Source of the DNA: Octopus sinensis
Taxonomy: Eukaryota
Assembly (NCBI RefSeq): GCF_006345805.1
Contig: NC_042998.1
Location: forward strand, 160,022,001-160,086,000
Direction of reading: 5' to 3'
Length of the DNA: 64,000 nt
Shown here: positions 1 through 11,800 of the stretch, piece by piece
Numbering within the stretch: position 1 is the stretch's first letter
Layout of the letters: every line of letters starts with the position of its first letter
Notes under the pieces: model-generated
What the model was told of the DNA's origin: nothing
The model's database searches: none
Seen by the model: the letters and a program-made list of their open reading frames with translations, nothing else
Made by a program: the position numbers and the translations under genes

Positions 1-815
1 AGCCAAGTTTGAATTGGTTTTGTTCAATTTTACTATAACCGTTATCTTTAGAATACGGTTTTTTGTTATAAAAAAACTTTATTAGTGTTTTGAAATAGAG
101 TTGAGAATATTTTTTAATTTTATTATTCTGATTAGCTCATTCATCGTTGCCAACGTAATGTTTATAATATGAAGCTCAAAGTCGCACAAATCCTTTTAAA
201 ATTAACCGTTGGCAAGTACATCAATGACAGTATTTCTCGGTTACAAGTTTTTGGTGGTGTCCTGTTTTAACTTTTTCATTTGAAAACTTTTTTTCTGGCA
301 TTCAAATTGTGTTTGCAATGTCATTAACTGTTTTTTCTTTTTCCTCTAAAATGGTTTAATGAAGTTGCGTACATAAGAGCAATGAGAAATGACACTTTGA
401 AGGTTTTAGGACCCTGGTCCATTCGGCTTTTCAGAATCCAATTTTTTGTCTTGAAGGTAAATTTAACCCTCAAGACCCACTGATTTCTGTAGTTTAAAAC
501 AAATAGAGCAACTTTAGTTACACTACCAGTTGTGATTTGAACTCTTATATCAAAATTTGATGGTGCTTGTAGCAGTAAAGTTCGATAACAATTGGACTGG
601 TAAGAAAAGTTGCTGAGATGAGTTAGGGGTTATGGTTTTCAGTTTGTATGCGGATTTTCTGAAATAGTCTGTATTGAAAACATAGATGTGTGCTAAAATG
701 ACGCTCATAAAAACAATAAGGATAATGTAAGAAAGTAATTTACACATACTTCATGTCTTTCATTTACCATTTTAAGACACTTAGAAATTTTTTTTTATAT
801 ATTTGGGTTTATTAG

Positions 816-976
816 GTCTCCATCGGGATCTCGTTCCCGATCACCTGTTAGATCAAGGTCTAGATCTAAATCTCCAAGACGACGGCGAATAACAGTTAAT
901 TCAAAGCGAGTCTATGTCTGCAATATTCCATATGAAATGAAATGGATGGAAATAAAGGATATTTTCAAAAAGGAAG
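816..976 (+). CDS. MYEF2: MYEF2/hnRNP M exon: RS stretch and start of RRM1
   Basis: ttattag acceptor; SPSGSRSRSPVRSRSRSKSPRRRR...RVYVCNIPYEMKWMEIKDIFKKE; donor gttggt. Confidence 0.9.
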
Positions 977-3900
977 GTTGGTTCTTTTTAAATATTATTT
1001 TTAAGTAATTTAATATGTTGAACCACTTGTTGCTTAATTTTATCTTGTAAGTCTATGAAGTTTTTAAATGGAAAATATTAAAATTTTTGTAGTTGGTGAA
1101 GCTCCATATGTGGACATGATGGAAACTGTTGATGGAAAACCTAAAGGAGCATGGTAATTATATTTTAATGGTTTATTTTGATATTTCAATATTTATGGGA
1201 TATGATAATTAATGAAAATGTCTTTTTTTTTCTTCCTCCAGCCTTTTAGAATTCAAAGACAAAGAAACAGCCAGGAAAGCCATTGAAAAAATGCACAGAT
1301 ACAAAGTTAAAGACAGACAGATTGTTGTACGAGAGGTAAATAATTTTATTCTACAGAAGTCTATTGGAATAAGATTTTAGTATTTTGATGGTGTGGTTTT
1401 TAAGTTTGAGATGATTTATTAAAATGAACTGATCTATACAGTTGCGATACTAAGAAATGACTGCTAAATTAGGTAAGATAGCTATAATTTCAAGTAACTC
1501 AGAACTTTCTTAGTTATGGAATCCAAATTAATGTTATCAAATATAGGCAAACAAGTTGAAGGAATTCAGAATCACTGGATTATACTACATTCTGAAAGGA
1601 GTTTGTGAGTATGTATTATCAGAAAACACTGAGAATGGTTGCTTGAATTACATTGATTGCATAATCATTTAATGTCCATGTTGGCATGGGTTGGATGGCT
1701 TGACCAGGGCTGGCAAGCTGGAAGGCTGCACCAGACTGCCATCTAATTTGACATGGTTTCTACAGGTAGATGCCCTTCCTAATGCCAACTACTCCAAGAG
1801 TGTAATGGGGGAGTTTTACATGCCTTACCTGCCACAACTGCAATTTTACTTGGGTCTTATGCACAGCATTATGTCAAAGGTCTTGGTCATTCGTCATAGC
1901 CTCCATGAGCATATAAAATAACAATGATGTTTAAAACATAGTATTAGGAATTGTCTTTCGTATAGAAAATGGGACAAGCTTTTCAAAGATGTACTTGAAA
2001 AGAATAAACTATTGAAATGATTTCAGATTGTGTGACATTCTTGGGTAAATTATAAAAGCTTGTCAGTAAGTTACTTCTGATTTTGATTTTTAAACTTTAT
2101 GTAATTTTGTTACAGGAAAAAGAAAGCGATCGACAAATGATGCAGCAGATGAAAAACCAACAGCAGCATTCTATGGGTGCTGGTTTAGCTGGTCCTGGCC
2201 CAATGGGCATGGGCGGCATGGGTAATTGTGGAGCAACGTCAGGATCTTCAGGGCCCAATCCTCAGTTGCTCCAGAGTTTAGGAATTGAAGGTCCTCTTAC
2301 AAATACAGTTTTTGTTGCTAATGTAAGTAATTTTCATTCTGAATTTTGATTGTCATTAATTAAATTCAAGTACAATGTTTTTATTTTGATTGAATTTTTT
2401 TTTCACAGCTTGATTATAAAGTAACATGGAAAAAATTAAAGGATGTTTTCAAGCTGGCAGGAAATGTACTTCGTGCTGAAATAAAACAAGATAAAGAGGG
2501 TAAAAGTCGAGGAATGGGAATTGTTACTTTCGAACATCCAATGGAAGCTGTACAAGCAATTTGTATCCTTGCTTAATATTTGAGAGTGATAGAGCAAGTT
2601 CCTTCTATTTTATCTGTTGATGTATACAAAACAATTGCATTAATTAAACCTATCTTGTCTTTGGAGAAAGACTGCAAGTAGGAGCTGTGGTATGCTTATC
2701 TTCCATGCTTATGTAGATAAGGTAGAATTTGTTGAGGTGGATTTTCAGCTGGATGGCCCTTCCAGTTGTAAACCCTCATTTGTTTCCAAGTATAGCAGTA
2801 TTTCCCATGGCAGACGTTAAGCTGTTCAGAGATGTTGGAAATGACCACTGCTTGCATAATGGTGACACTGGTTTACGACTGTCATGGCAAGGAGATTGCA
2901 ACATGAGCTTCTTTCAGTTTGTGTACCAAATCTACTCACAAGGATTTGGTCTGTCTGAAGCTGTAAGACATTATCAAAGGTGCCACACAGTGAGACTAAA
3001 CCTGGTACCATGTGGTTAGGAAGCGAACTAACTACACTATTACACCTGCTCCTATATTTTAAAAAGTTTTTAAGATTCTTTTGTATTAGTGATATTTGCA
3101 GTTTCAATGTTGTCAGTTTGTTACACCATTCCTTGTCTTTAAAAAAAAAGAAATGCATTAAGATTATTTTTGTGCTTATTTGTAAATAAATATATGCAAT
3201 GTTGCAGGTTTGTTTTGACATTCCTTAACTTAATTTTAGCTATGTTCAATAGTCAAACCCTATATGATAGAGCTATGGTTGTTCGGATGGACAAAACCAG
3301 TGTAGACACATCAAATGACAAAACCACACACCCAAAAGTTTCTCTTCCAAGTAAGTATTTTTAAATTACAAAATGCTATGTGGATGCAGCCAACCTGATA
3401 ATTTCCCAATAGTATGTGCTGTTGAGAACCCCTCCTCTTCTGGTCCTTGCTTTTTATTTAGTTGCTGTGGTTGGAATTGATCTGGAATTCTAATTGCTTT
3501 CTCTGTTTGGTAGTCTATAGTTCATTTCTTTTACCTTTTTGTTTTTAACATTACTGCTATCATGGTGGAGTTATATGCTCACATCTGGAGATAGAACCTG
3601 AAGCAGTTGCTCGAATACTGTATTATTTTGATACCTCTCTGTTAGAATATTTATCCCCACTTAAATGTGAATGTTCAATTAGAACAAACTTTACTGCAGT
3701 ATCCGGCACTGTCAATATTTTACAGGTGGGAGAGATGAATTGCTGCTGTCTCTAGTGGTCAAGTGTCTAAGCAAGGTCGAAATTACATGATCTGTAGGCT
3801 TTGGGGATATATCTCCCTGTTGTGATATAAGCAAGTGCATTTTGCACAATAAAAGCCAATATGAGAGTTCCTTTCATGATAATTAATAGTAAAGTTTGTT

Positions 3901-6900
3901 CAAATAGAACATCCACATCCAAGTAGGAGTAAATATTACCTCCTGGTATTTATACTGCCCAGTGGTGAGGGCAGCGGACTTGCGGTCATAGGATCGCGGT
4001 TTCGATTCCCAGACCGGGTGTTGTGAGTGTTTATTGAGCGAAAACACCTAAAGCTCCACGAGGCTCCGGCAGGGGGTGGTGGAGAACCCTGCTGTACTCT
4101 TTCACCACAACTTTCTCTCACTCTTACTTTCTGTTTCTGTTGTACCTGTATTTCAAAGGGCCGGCCTTGTCACTCTCTGTGTCACGCTGAATATCCCCGA
4201 GAACTACGTTAAGGGTACACGTGTCTGTGGAGTGCTCAGCCACTTACACGTTAATTTCACGAGCAGGCTGTTCCGTTGATTCTGATCAACCGGAACCCTC
4301 GTCGTCGTAACCGACGGAGTGCTTCCACATACATATATATATATGTATCAAATGAAATAAAATGAAAAATAGTACACAAAGGATATATATGTGTGTGGGA
4401 GGGGAGGTACATGTGAGTGAGTATATGCACATGTACGTGGGTGTACATGCGCGAAAGAAGAAAAGAAAAAAAATCGGCGGCGAGCTGGCAGAAACGTTAG
4501 CACGCCGGGCGAAATGCTTAGCGGTATTTCGTCTGCTGTTACGTTGTGAGTTCGAATTCCGCCTAGGTCGACTTTGCCTTTCATCCTTTCGGGGTCGATA
4601 AATTAAGTACCAGTTACGCACTGGGGTCGATGTAATCGACTTAATACCTATGTTTGTCCCCTCTGTGTTTAGCCCCTTGTGGGTAATAAAGAAATAGGTA
4701 TTTATACTGCCTCTGTCACTAATGTTCTCTAGTTCACTTCACCCCAAAGACCTTTGGAAATCATTGGGGCTGCTTTTCCTTTGACTTAGCCTTTAGAAAT
4801 AAATTATTCTCAGTACCTTGTGCATGGTTTTGTAGTTGTATTTTCTTCAGTCATGTGGCTTTAATTTCTATTCTACTGCACAGCATCTAAATCTTTTTGT
4901 TGGCCAATACCTGGTTAGAATTTGGTAGTTACTATTGTATCAATTGGTTTAACCCTGTTGCATTTAAACCATATCTGGCTCGGATATTTTTTCTGTTTTA
5001 TGTTCAGTATTAATGAACAGTGAAGGTATTGGGAATCAAGATTCAGGCTACCCCTGGTCTTGTCATGCTTTTGATTACACAAACCAGTTATTACACTGGT
5101 GCTTACACCCTATTACAGTATACTGTAACATGAGGAAAAAAAAATCTTCTGGTGGTTGCAGTAATATCAATAATATATCTTGATAGTAAGTTGGGAGTAC
5201 CTGTGTAAATATTTGTTCACACATGTACATATGCATGTATATACTTCCATCTCTATGCATATATATTCACACACACACATATAACAAATTTTATTCCTTG
5301 ATCCCTGCTTGTATGGTATGGGCAAGCCTCAAATGTCTCACTTGGTCAAGCAAGGCCCATTGGCATTTACCACATAAAAGGTTTCAGCTGGATGCATTTC
5401 ATAACTATATAAACAGCAAAGCAAGTTATCTATCTTCCTCATTTCTTTTCACAATGTGTCTGTGTTCTTGAGAACACATTATTACCATCTTTCTTTTTCC
5501 GGCTCTGCCATGGTTGCCAAATCCACTCTTACATAATGTCTCTATCTGTACCTATTATATGTTAGCCTCTTAATACCTAATACAAAGCCAATACAAAGTT
5601 CAGTTGATTTGCCACTAAACAAATTTTGCTTTGGAATGAATATATTGTTCACCAAGGATACAATATTTCCAAGAAACAGGTTACAGTAGATCTAGTGAAA
5701 GTGGTTTGGCAGCTGTATGAGGGTGATGGTGCCAGTAAAATCAGGGAGATGGTCACAGTTTGTAACTGGATCTGGGTGAATAAAATATGTATGCACAAGG
5801 TGGAAGTAAGGTAGAGAATTTATCATGGAGTGGTGCAAATTATTGCATGTTATATGTACATATGGTTGTGAGGTCAGTGTAATAGACATGGACACAGTAA
5901 TGTAAACAAATGTGGAAGAGTACAATATTTACGTATATTCTATTGGCTTCTGCCAAATTTGATTCTCATGGCATTGGCATAATAGGAAACATATATTCTG
6001 AGATGCAGGCTGCAGTGGTATTGAAGTTGTAACCACATGGTTGTGACTACTTGGTAGTTTCCTAATTGGTTATCAGCATGCAATTTTCGTAAAATTATCG
6101 TTTATGGATTTCATCTTCACTTGTCTGGTTTGGCATAAAAGTCACTGGATTTACTTTTACAGTTAATTACAGTATTACTGTAGCTAAACTGCTTTTACAT
6201 TTTAAATTCTTTCTCTTTCAGGTGGCTTGAAAACAATTGGCTTGGGTCTTGGTGTTGGAGGACAGCCTCTGCAGAACTTCAATAATCAAATGTCAGGTGT
6301 GTAAATATTCTTGATAACATTTGTGAATTGATGTGTTGAATTTGATCCTTGCTGATATTAATTTATATTGAGTCTTCAACTGAAATAATTTATCTTTTTT
6401 AATATCTTTCAGGTGGTGGAGGTGGCGGTGGCGGTGGCCCAATGGGAGGATTTGGTGGTAGTGGAGGTGGTTCTGGCAGTAATTATGGTAACATGGGAGC
6501 TATGGGTAGTGGCATGGGTAACATGGGTGCTGGACCTATGAATAACTATAGCGGTATGGCGGGTGGTATGGCAGGTGGCATGGATAATATGGGTGGTGGT
6601 ATGGGTGGCGGTATGGGTGGTAACATGGGTGGCATGAATACTGGTATGAATACTGGCATGAACACTGGTATGAATACTGGTATGTCAGGAATGGCTGGCA
6701 ATATGAGTGGAGGTATGTTGCCAGGTAATATGGGCATGTCTGGTATGGCAGGTATGTCTGGTGCCAGTAGTATGGGTAGTGGTACAGGTGGTATGGGAGG
6801 TGGAATGGGTAGTGGTATGGGAGGTGCAGGTATGGGTAGCAACATGACCACAGGTAGCATGGGTGCTATGGGTATGTCTAGTGGTATGAGTGGTGGTGGA

Positions 6901-8547
6901 AGCATGGGTGGTATGGGTGGTGGAGGTGGTATGGGAGATGGTTATGGTATGGGTGCAAGTAATTTAGGCCCAAAGAACTTTGGCTCAAACCAAGGGATGG
7001 GTGATACTTTTTCTAGCAACATGAGTGGGATGGGTGGCTTAGGTAGTATGGGCATGATGGGAAGCATGGGCAATCAGGGCATGAGTATGTCTGACATGAG
7101 TGTCCACGGCTTATCTGGAATGGATGGACGAACCATGATGAAGAACATGAGTAGCAGTGGAGGTACAGGTTCTGGTGGAGGTGGTGGTGGTGGCAGCACA
7201 GGACGTGATGACTGCCACATTGCTGTGAGAAATGTGAGTATTGTTTTGATTGATAAAATTTATAAATTTTGTGGTTTGTATCCAAGTGTGTTACTATGTG
7301 TTGTCTAATTGATTTGTTTCAGCTACCTCACTCATTCACATGGCAGATGTTGCGAGAAAGATTTAGAGATGTTGGTAAGTGTCAAAATTTTTTGTGCCTA
7401 CATGTAGAGAAATTTAGATAGTTGTCACTCTACAATTTCAGCCCATGAGTTAATTCCAACTCGTCTGATTTTTTTGCTCTTTTTTTTTCTCTCTTTCTCC
7501 TATTAGGTGATGTAAAATATGCTGAGATTAAAACAGATGGTGGTAAATGCCGTGGTTGGGGAGTAGTAAGATTTGCTACTCCAGAAGATGCACAAAGGGC
7601 AGTCAGTATCCTTTAAGAATTTTGCCTAGTCTCCTTTAAGGTTAACCCCAGTTATTGTTCCAATTAGCTCAAGATATTTTCATAACTTCTATCACTTAAG
7701 TTAAATTTAAAACTTTAAATATTTCCATACATTTGCAAATTAGATTTCTTACAATATCTTCTGTGTGAGTGGAGTTTAGTATGGGTTTGAGTGTCTCAAA
7801 TTGACATCTGTTACATGTTCGGGGATTATATTTGTGTATTTTGTGAGATAAAAAGTATTTTGTTGATATATAGAGATAGATATATATATATATAGATGTG
7901 CGTGTGTGTGAGCGTGCATGCATACAAGATCTCTTCAGGAAATTTAAAAAAAGAATGAAAGTGAACATTCTGATCAGTTTGTCCATTTTTGTTTAGTCTG
8001 TACTAGTCTCTTGCTGTATGGAATACATGAATTATTGTGTATGTGGCATTGAATGTATATAGCTTCTAAAAAATTTAGTATGGGCAACATTGTTAATCTA
8101 TTCATTTTCTAGAAATTAGTTCCTCTCACTACCAGTGTCAGTTGTTTTTAGTATTGGAATTAAAAACATTTGCTGCTGCTTTTTTTTTTTTTTAATTGTC
8201 TAAATTGAGATGTAAGACTGTTTTCTGTAGCAATCTATTAAAACCATATTGCCTCTAACTTGGTTCATTTATATAGCAAAGACTGGGTTTTGAGTGGTTT
8301 AGATATAACCTTTTTCATTAGCTCTTTTATTTTGAAGGTTGTACTTCATGTAGCAATTTTGACTAACAAAAATGTTTTAGTACAAGATATTTCAGATTTA
8401 TGTTGAAATATCTAAACTGAATGCTTTTATATTTCTAAATCTTTCTGTACATGCAGTAAAAACTTATTCCTTAACCTGTGTTTAGATTTAATGAATCATG
8501 CTCGCATTGAAGGGCGAGAAATAGAGGTGAGAATCGACAGAGTTTGA
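816..8547 (+). CDS. MYEF2: hnRNP M / myelin expression factor 2 family RNA-binding protein (RS stretch, RRM1, RRM2, Gly/Met-rich region, RRM3); 5'-partial
   Basis: Exons 816-976, 1093-1153, 1242-1335, 2116-2322, 2409-2562, 3240-3350, 6222-6296, 6413-7233, 7323-7374, 7507-7605, 8486-8547 join in frame (1897 nt) with GT-AG ends. Diagnostic motifs: RVYVCNIPYEMKW, GPLTNTVFVANLDYKVTWKKLKDVF, GLKTIGLGLGVGGQP, GRWGVVRF-type RNP1 (CRGWGVVRF). Stop TGA at 8545-8547. Confidence 0.93.
1093..1153 (+). CDS. MYEF2: MYEF2/hnRNP M exon (RRM1)
   Basis: VGEAPYVDMMETVDGKPKGA; AG/GT boundaries, phase consistent. Confidence 0.9.
1242..1335 (+). CDS. MYEF2: MYEF2/hnRNP M exon (end of RRM1)
   Basis: CLLEFKDKETARKAIEKMHRYKVKDRQIVVRE. 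Confidence 0.9.
2116..2322 (+). CDS. MYEF2: MYEF2/hnRNP M exon (linker and start of RRM2)
   Basis: EKESDRQMMQQ...GIEGPLTNTVFVAN; gtaagt donor. Confidence 0.92.
2409..2562 (+). CDS. MYEF2: MYEF2/hnRNP M exon (RRM2)
   Basis: LDYKVTWKKLKDVFKLAGNVLRAEIKQDKEGKSRGMGIVTFEHPMEAVQAI; followed by U12 donor GTATCCTT. Confidence 0.95.
2563..3239 (+). other. U12-type (minor spliceosome) GT-AG intron in RRM2
   Basis: 5' splice site GTATCCTTG at 2563; branch site TTCCTTAAC at 3221-3229, about 10 nt before the AG, with no long polypyrimidine tract. Confidence 0.92.
3240..3350 (+). CDS. MYEF2: MYEF2/hnRNP M exon (end of RRM2)
   Basis: SMFNSQTLYDRAMVVRMDK...VSLP. Confidence 0.92.
3960..4696 (+). mobile_element. 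Two adjacent tRNA-headed SINEs of different families
   Basis: A/B-box-like heads near 3960 and 4478, microsatellite spacer, flanked by the direct repeat ggtatttatactgcc. Confidence 0.8.
6222..6296 (+). CDS. MYEF2: MYEF2/hnRNP M exon
   Basis: SGLKTIGLGLGVGGQPLQNFNNQMS, the family motif that follows RRM2. Confidence 0.9.
6413..7233 (+). CDS. MYEF2: MYEF2/hnRNP M exon: Gly/Met-rich low-complexity domain and start of RRM3
   Basis: Within ORF 6442-7308; GGM/NTGM repeats ending CHIAVRN, then gtgagt donor. Confidence 0.92.
7323..7374 (+). CDS. MYEF2: MYEF2/hnRNP M exon (RRM3)
   Basis: LPHSFTWQMLRERFRDV. Confidence 0.92.
7507..7605 (+). CDS. MYEF2: MYEF2/hnRNP M exon (RRM3)
   Basis: GDVKYAEIKTDGGKCRGWGVVRFATPEDAQRAV; followed by U12 donor. 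Confidence 0.93.
7606..8485 (+). other. U12-type GT-AG intron in RRM3
   Basis: 5' splice site GTATCCTTT at 7606; branch site TTCCTTAAC at 8467-8475, just before tttag. Confidence 0.93.
8486..8547 (+). CDS. MYEF2: MYEF2/hnRNP M last coding exon
   Basis: NLMNHARIEGREIEVRIDRV then stop. Confidence 0.92.
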
Positions 8548-8819
8548 ACTGGAGACATTTCACATCTTCAATCATCATGTCTACACATCAGAAGCAAACA
8601 TTTTAATTGATACATGGACCACTTTTTGTTCACTTGTCTTCTAGCCTTTTATTAGCTTTTATGTATGGATCATGGTTGGTGTGTCAATCACGTCGTCGTC
8701 GTCCTCTTGCTCCTTTTGATGTTGGATCTGATACAGATTTTGATCACTATTCCTTGCCAGTTGGGGATTTCTCTTGTCTGATCCTCTAAAATACAATACT
8801 TACATGTACCATCATTTGT

Positions 8820-8825
8820 AATAAA
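8820..8825 (+). terminator. Candidate proximal polyadenylation signal of MYEF2
   Basis: AATAAA about 270 nt after the stop; a second at 9023-9028. Motif evidence only. Confidence 0.4.
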
Positions 8826-11800
8826 CCAACATTGATTCAAGGCTCTTTGTCCTCGTCTTCACAGTTATGGCCTGCTGAAAGCTGTTTTGTTTTTTCTTTT
8901 TTTTTCTTTATTTTTTTTTTATTTTAAACCCCTTTTGGAGAAAGCTTGTCGTTTCACTGGTATGCAGCTTTTCAGTTATTCTTGTCCAAATTTAATTGAA
9001 TGAAACCTAGAGTTCTTTTTTTAATAAAATCGTGTGCACACAAATTTTTGCAATTTTTTATCAAAATGTGTCTGAATATTTCAACTTGGATCAACAATCA
9101 GTGTATCCATTCTGTTTCCAAATTAGCTTTTTTCATCATTGGTCATCTTTCAGTAAGTTATCAACGTAAGCCATGTGCTTTAAAAAATATTTTTTTATTT
9201 GGACTAGGTTGTTTCAGTACCTAAGCACATGGTTTTTCTACTTAGTTTATAATTTTAAACTAGAATACATTGAAAAAGAAGCAATAAGAAAAAATCTTGT
9301 GCTTTGCTTTTAAAAACTTTAAAAGGAAAATAATAGATTTGGGAATGTTTTCGGTTTTATTTAATGAAGCATATTTTCTTCCCATTTGTTTGAAAAGATT
9401 CAATAGAATATTGATTGGTATTTGACAAATTGCTTTAATTCATTTTTTTAAAAAATTTAGTTTCATTTGCTCAAGTTTATATTAAAACTGAAATCTGCTT
9501 TTGGTCAGGTCACAATTCTTTCCTTAAGTACAAATCTAAAGTTGAATTTCATAAAATTACCTGGGTTTTTTTTTCTTTAAATATATATATATATATATAT
9601 ATATATTTCTCAACTTTGATATATAATTTCAGGCAAGCGCTGCTAATATTTGAAAATTGCTTGACCTGTTTTAGAAGTTTTTAGAATTTTACAATTCAGC
9701 AATGCTTGTTTCATCTCTTGATACTGGCTATGATTGAAGTGAAAAGATTTAGGAAAACAACCAAACCAGTTATTTACTTTTGACTGAGCAAGTGGATTTA
9801 ATGTTGAGATATTCATTCAGACTTTTTACTTTTTACCTTTTTGAAGAAGAACAGGGCTGTTGGCAGCTTACTCCAGCAATACAATTTGATCATGCTGAAC
9901 GACTGAATGCCGAAAATTTCCAGGCTCTCCAGTCATAAGATTACCACTGCTGGCCAGTTACTAAGGTGAATTTTGTCAGCAATTGGCTCTTTGCACTGCA
10001 GACCTACCCACATGAGGGTTAAAATAAATGGAATGATATACTTATTTTCCACTCTCCCCACCCTTTTTTATTTTGCTTATTTCCTTAATTATATTTTAAA
10101 CTTTCACATTGTTATATAGTTCCTTGACTTTACTCCTAAATGTTCTTACCCCCTTCAATTAGTCTCTTCCATTTTTCTTAGCAGCCCACTTAATTATTCA
10201 TTTGTTAATTGTATATCTTCCTAACATAACCACATAACAATCATTGGAAAATTCTGGGATAAGGGAATTAGTTCAGTCTACCTGGAAATTTGTGTACCTC
10301 AGTGGTTCCTGATCGTTTTTGTTTGCTATACACATTTCATTCTGGAGATGGAGCTGTTTGATTGCCAATACTTAATTTGCATGTTTTTTGTAATATGGGA
10401 AAGCTTACAAAATTTTCTTCATAAAAAGAAAAAAAAAAAATTTTAAATCTTATATATGTATATCCTATTGTATATATTATATATTATTTTTTACTTGCTC
10501 CGGTAGTTAGTGCTGCTTATTTGACCCTGGTGGTATCTAGCAGAATATTTCCCAAGGATTTTATCAACAGCTTCGTCTGTCTGTGCATCAGTTGCACAGA
10601 AATGTGTATGCTCCAAATCTTTTCTTCATCTCTTGACTCTCTGGGAGGATGGTCTCACTGAACTCCTTTTTTTATCTGTTGTCCAGAGAGAATAACTCTT
10701 GACTTGGAGAATCCAAGTTGAAGATTTATTATTTATCTACCTCATATCTAGGTGTTAGTTAACTCCTAATGTTTGTTGTAAAGACTTCACAGTGCAAGCT
10801 TGCTGAGGGGTTGTTGAGGCTCTGACGTCTTTCAAGACCATTGTATTTTCTTCAGTCAATAAAATGATGGTAAGTAGGAACTATCTTTTGTCTCTTTTCT
10901 TTGTTTTTTTATATATAGTAATACTTACAATTGGGATTGGTGGCTTTTTATTTATTCTGCAATTACTTTAGTGACAGTAAATATTTTTGTTTTTCTAGCT
11001 CATCTTTGTTGTGAAATATTTTCGTTAGTTCCCTAGAGATTAGCACTTTTTCTGTAGACTTGCTGGCCTGCTAAGTATTCCGTTAAGGAGTCCTGTTTGT
11101 TTAAACTATATACATGTATGAATTATCCACTGCTGAATTTGTCCTTTGTTTTCACTATTCTAGATGGGCAAATTCTCTTCTTCTGGTTCAGCCACTTTTT
11201 ATCAGCTTGAATATGAACTTTCCCCACCATTCTTAATTTTTTAACCAAATATTAAATTTTCTAATTGTTTTTCTGTATTTCTAGTTTTGTATTTAATTGT
11301 AATTAACTTAGCTTACTGCTATTAGACGTGATGCTGTAGTTGTTTTCTTTGTGGATATTGTCAGTCTGTGTGCTATGCCTTCAATTAGAAGTGCTGCCAG
11401 AAAGAGGCTTCTTCACTTTGACCTTTTTATGCTTATCACTATTTACAACAATGACTATGATTTCATTATAATAATTAGACAAGTGTTTTGTATTCTTTCA
11501 TCGTGCTTTGCTACAATAAATTTTGCTGGCTGGCCTTAATTGTAAGGCCCACATCTTCCAATATCACTGCACCTCTCCGAACAAAGAAATATTGGTTTTT
11601 GTTTACTCTCAATTTGTTGCATTTATTTTTTATCAAGCATTGTGAAATCAATCTCGGCTTGCTGATGTTCTGTAAGTTTTTCATGTTTCTCCCTCGATGC
11701 TTTTTTTCAATTCTAATATATATTTATATATATATATCAATAGCATCATTCTATTTTTCAATAGGGAAGGAAACTTAATTTATACTTTATTTTTGTAAAT

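Noticed and set aside
6546-6905. Pro/Ile-rich minus-strand ORF
   Set aside because: Antisense shadow of the GGT/ATG codon repeats of the MYEF2 exon.
9845-9940. Short coding-looking frame (EEQGCWQLTPAIQFDHAERLNAENFQALQS)
   Set aside because: No start codon, no clear in-phase splice link to MYEF2 and no recognisable homology.
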